This document shows positions 63,699 through 64,000 of a DNA stretch of 64,000 bases, piece after piece (positions within the stretch are counted from its first letter, which is position 1; each line of letters opens with the position of its first letter). Position numbers and translations under genes: made by a program. The notes beneath the pieces were generated by a model. It was not told the origin of the DNA. It saw nothing but the letters and a program-made list of their open reading frames with translations, and did not search any database. Location: assembly GCA_965285935.1 (NCBI GenBank), contig OZ260661.1:82708001-82772000 (forward strand), given 5' to 3'. Source of the stretch: Ophelia neglecta (lineage: Eukaryota).

Positions 63699-64000
63699 GT
63701 AAGTCAAGAGCTACTAGAAAACCAACAACATAAAAATGATAGTATTGTGAGTTTATGGCCTTTTTAGTTGACATTGAAGGCAATATTAGCTAACATGGAG
63801 ACATTCATGATCAGTTAGATGTTTTGTATGGTGTTTGACATATTCAAGATGTCAGACTCTGTGTGATCCAAGTTAGTTAACAGTAAAACTCGTCTGGCTT
63901 GTAACTACGGAGAATTTCCTTCACAAGCAAGTCATCTAGAGATCTAAGATTGATTGGAGTTAAATTAAGTGCTGATTGGTCAGCAGCACAACAAAGTGAT

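Overview
Eukaryotic, AT-rich, intron-rich animal genomic DNA. The repeat types and gene structure suggest a marine invertebrate, probably a lophotrochozoan (inference). Five spliced protein-coding genes can be rebuilt by hand from GT-AG sites and reading phase, in alternating orientation: TMEM151 (+), TCTE1/DRC5 (-), RPAP1 (+, 28 coding exons), KLHL28 (-) and the 5' part of TOGARAM1/crescerin (+). Two neighbour pairs, TMEM151-TCTE1 tail-to-tail and KLHL28-TOGARAM1 head-to-head, match the human arrangement as I recall it. The most unusual signals are inside TOGARAM1: (i) an unannotated-looking internal first exon encoding MGAGCTKCQ, an N-myristoylation plus palmitoylation motif that splices in phase to the C-terminal half; (ii) a 2157-nt phase-0/0 giant exon that can also read through to a stop and poly(A) signal; (iii) a ~1.5-kb 34-bp minisatellite whose last unit forms a splice acceptor. 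Introns hold many non-autonomous DNA transposons and CR1/L2-type LINE remnants, including a LINE split by two MITEs. All exon models are manual predictions; no database searches were run.
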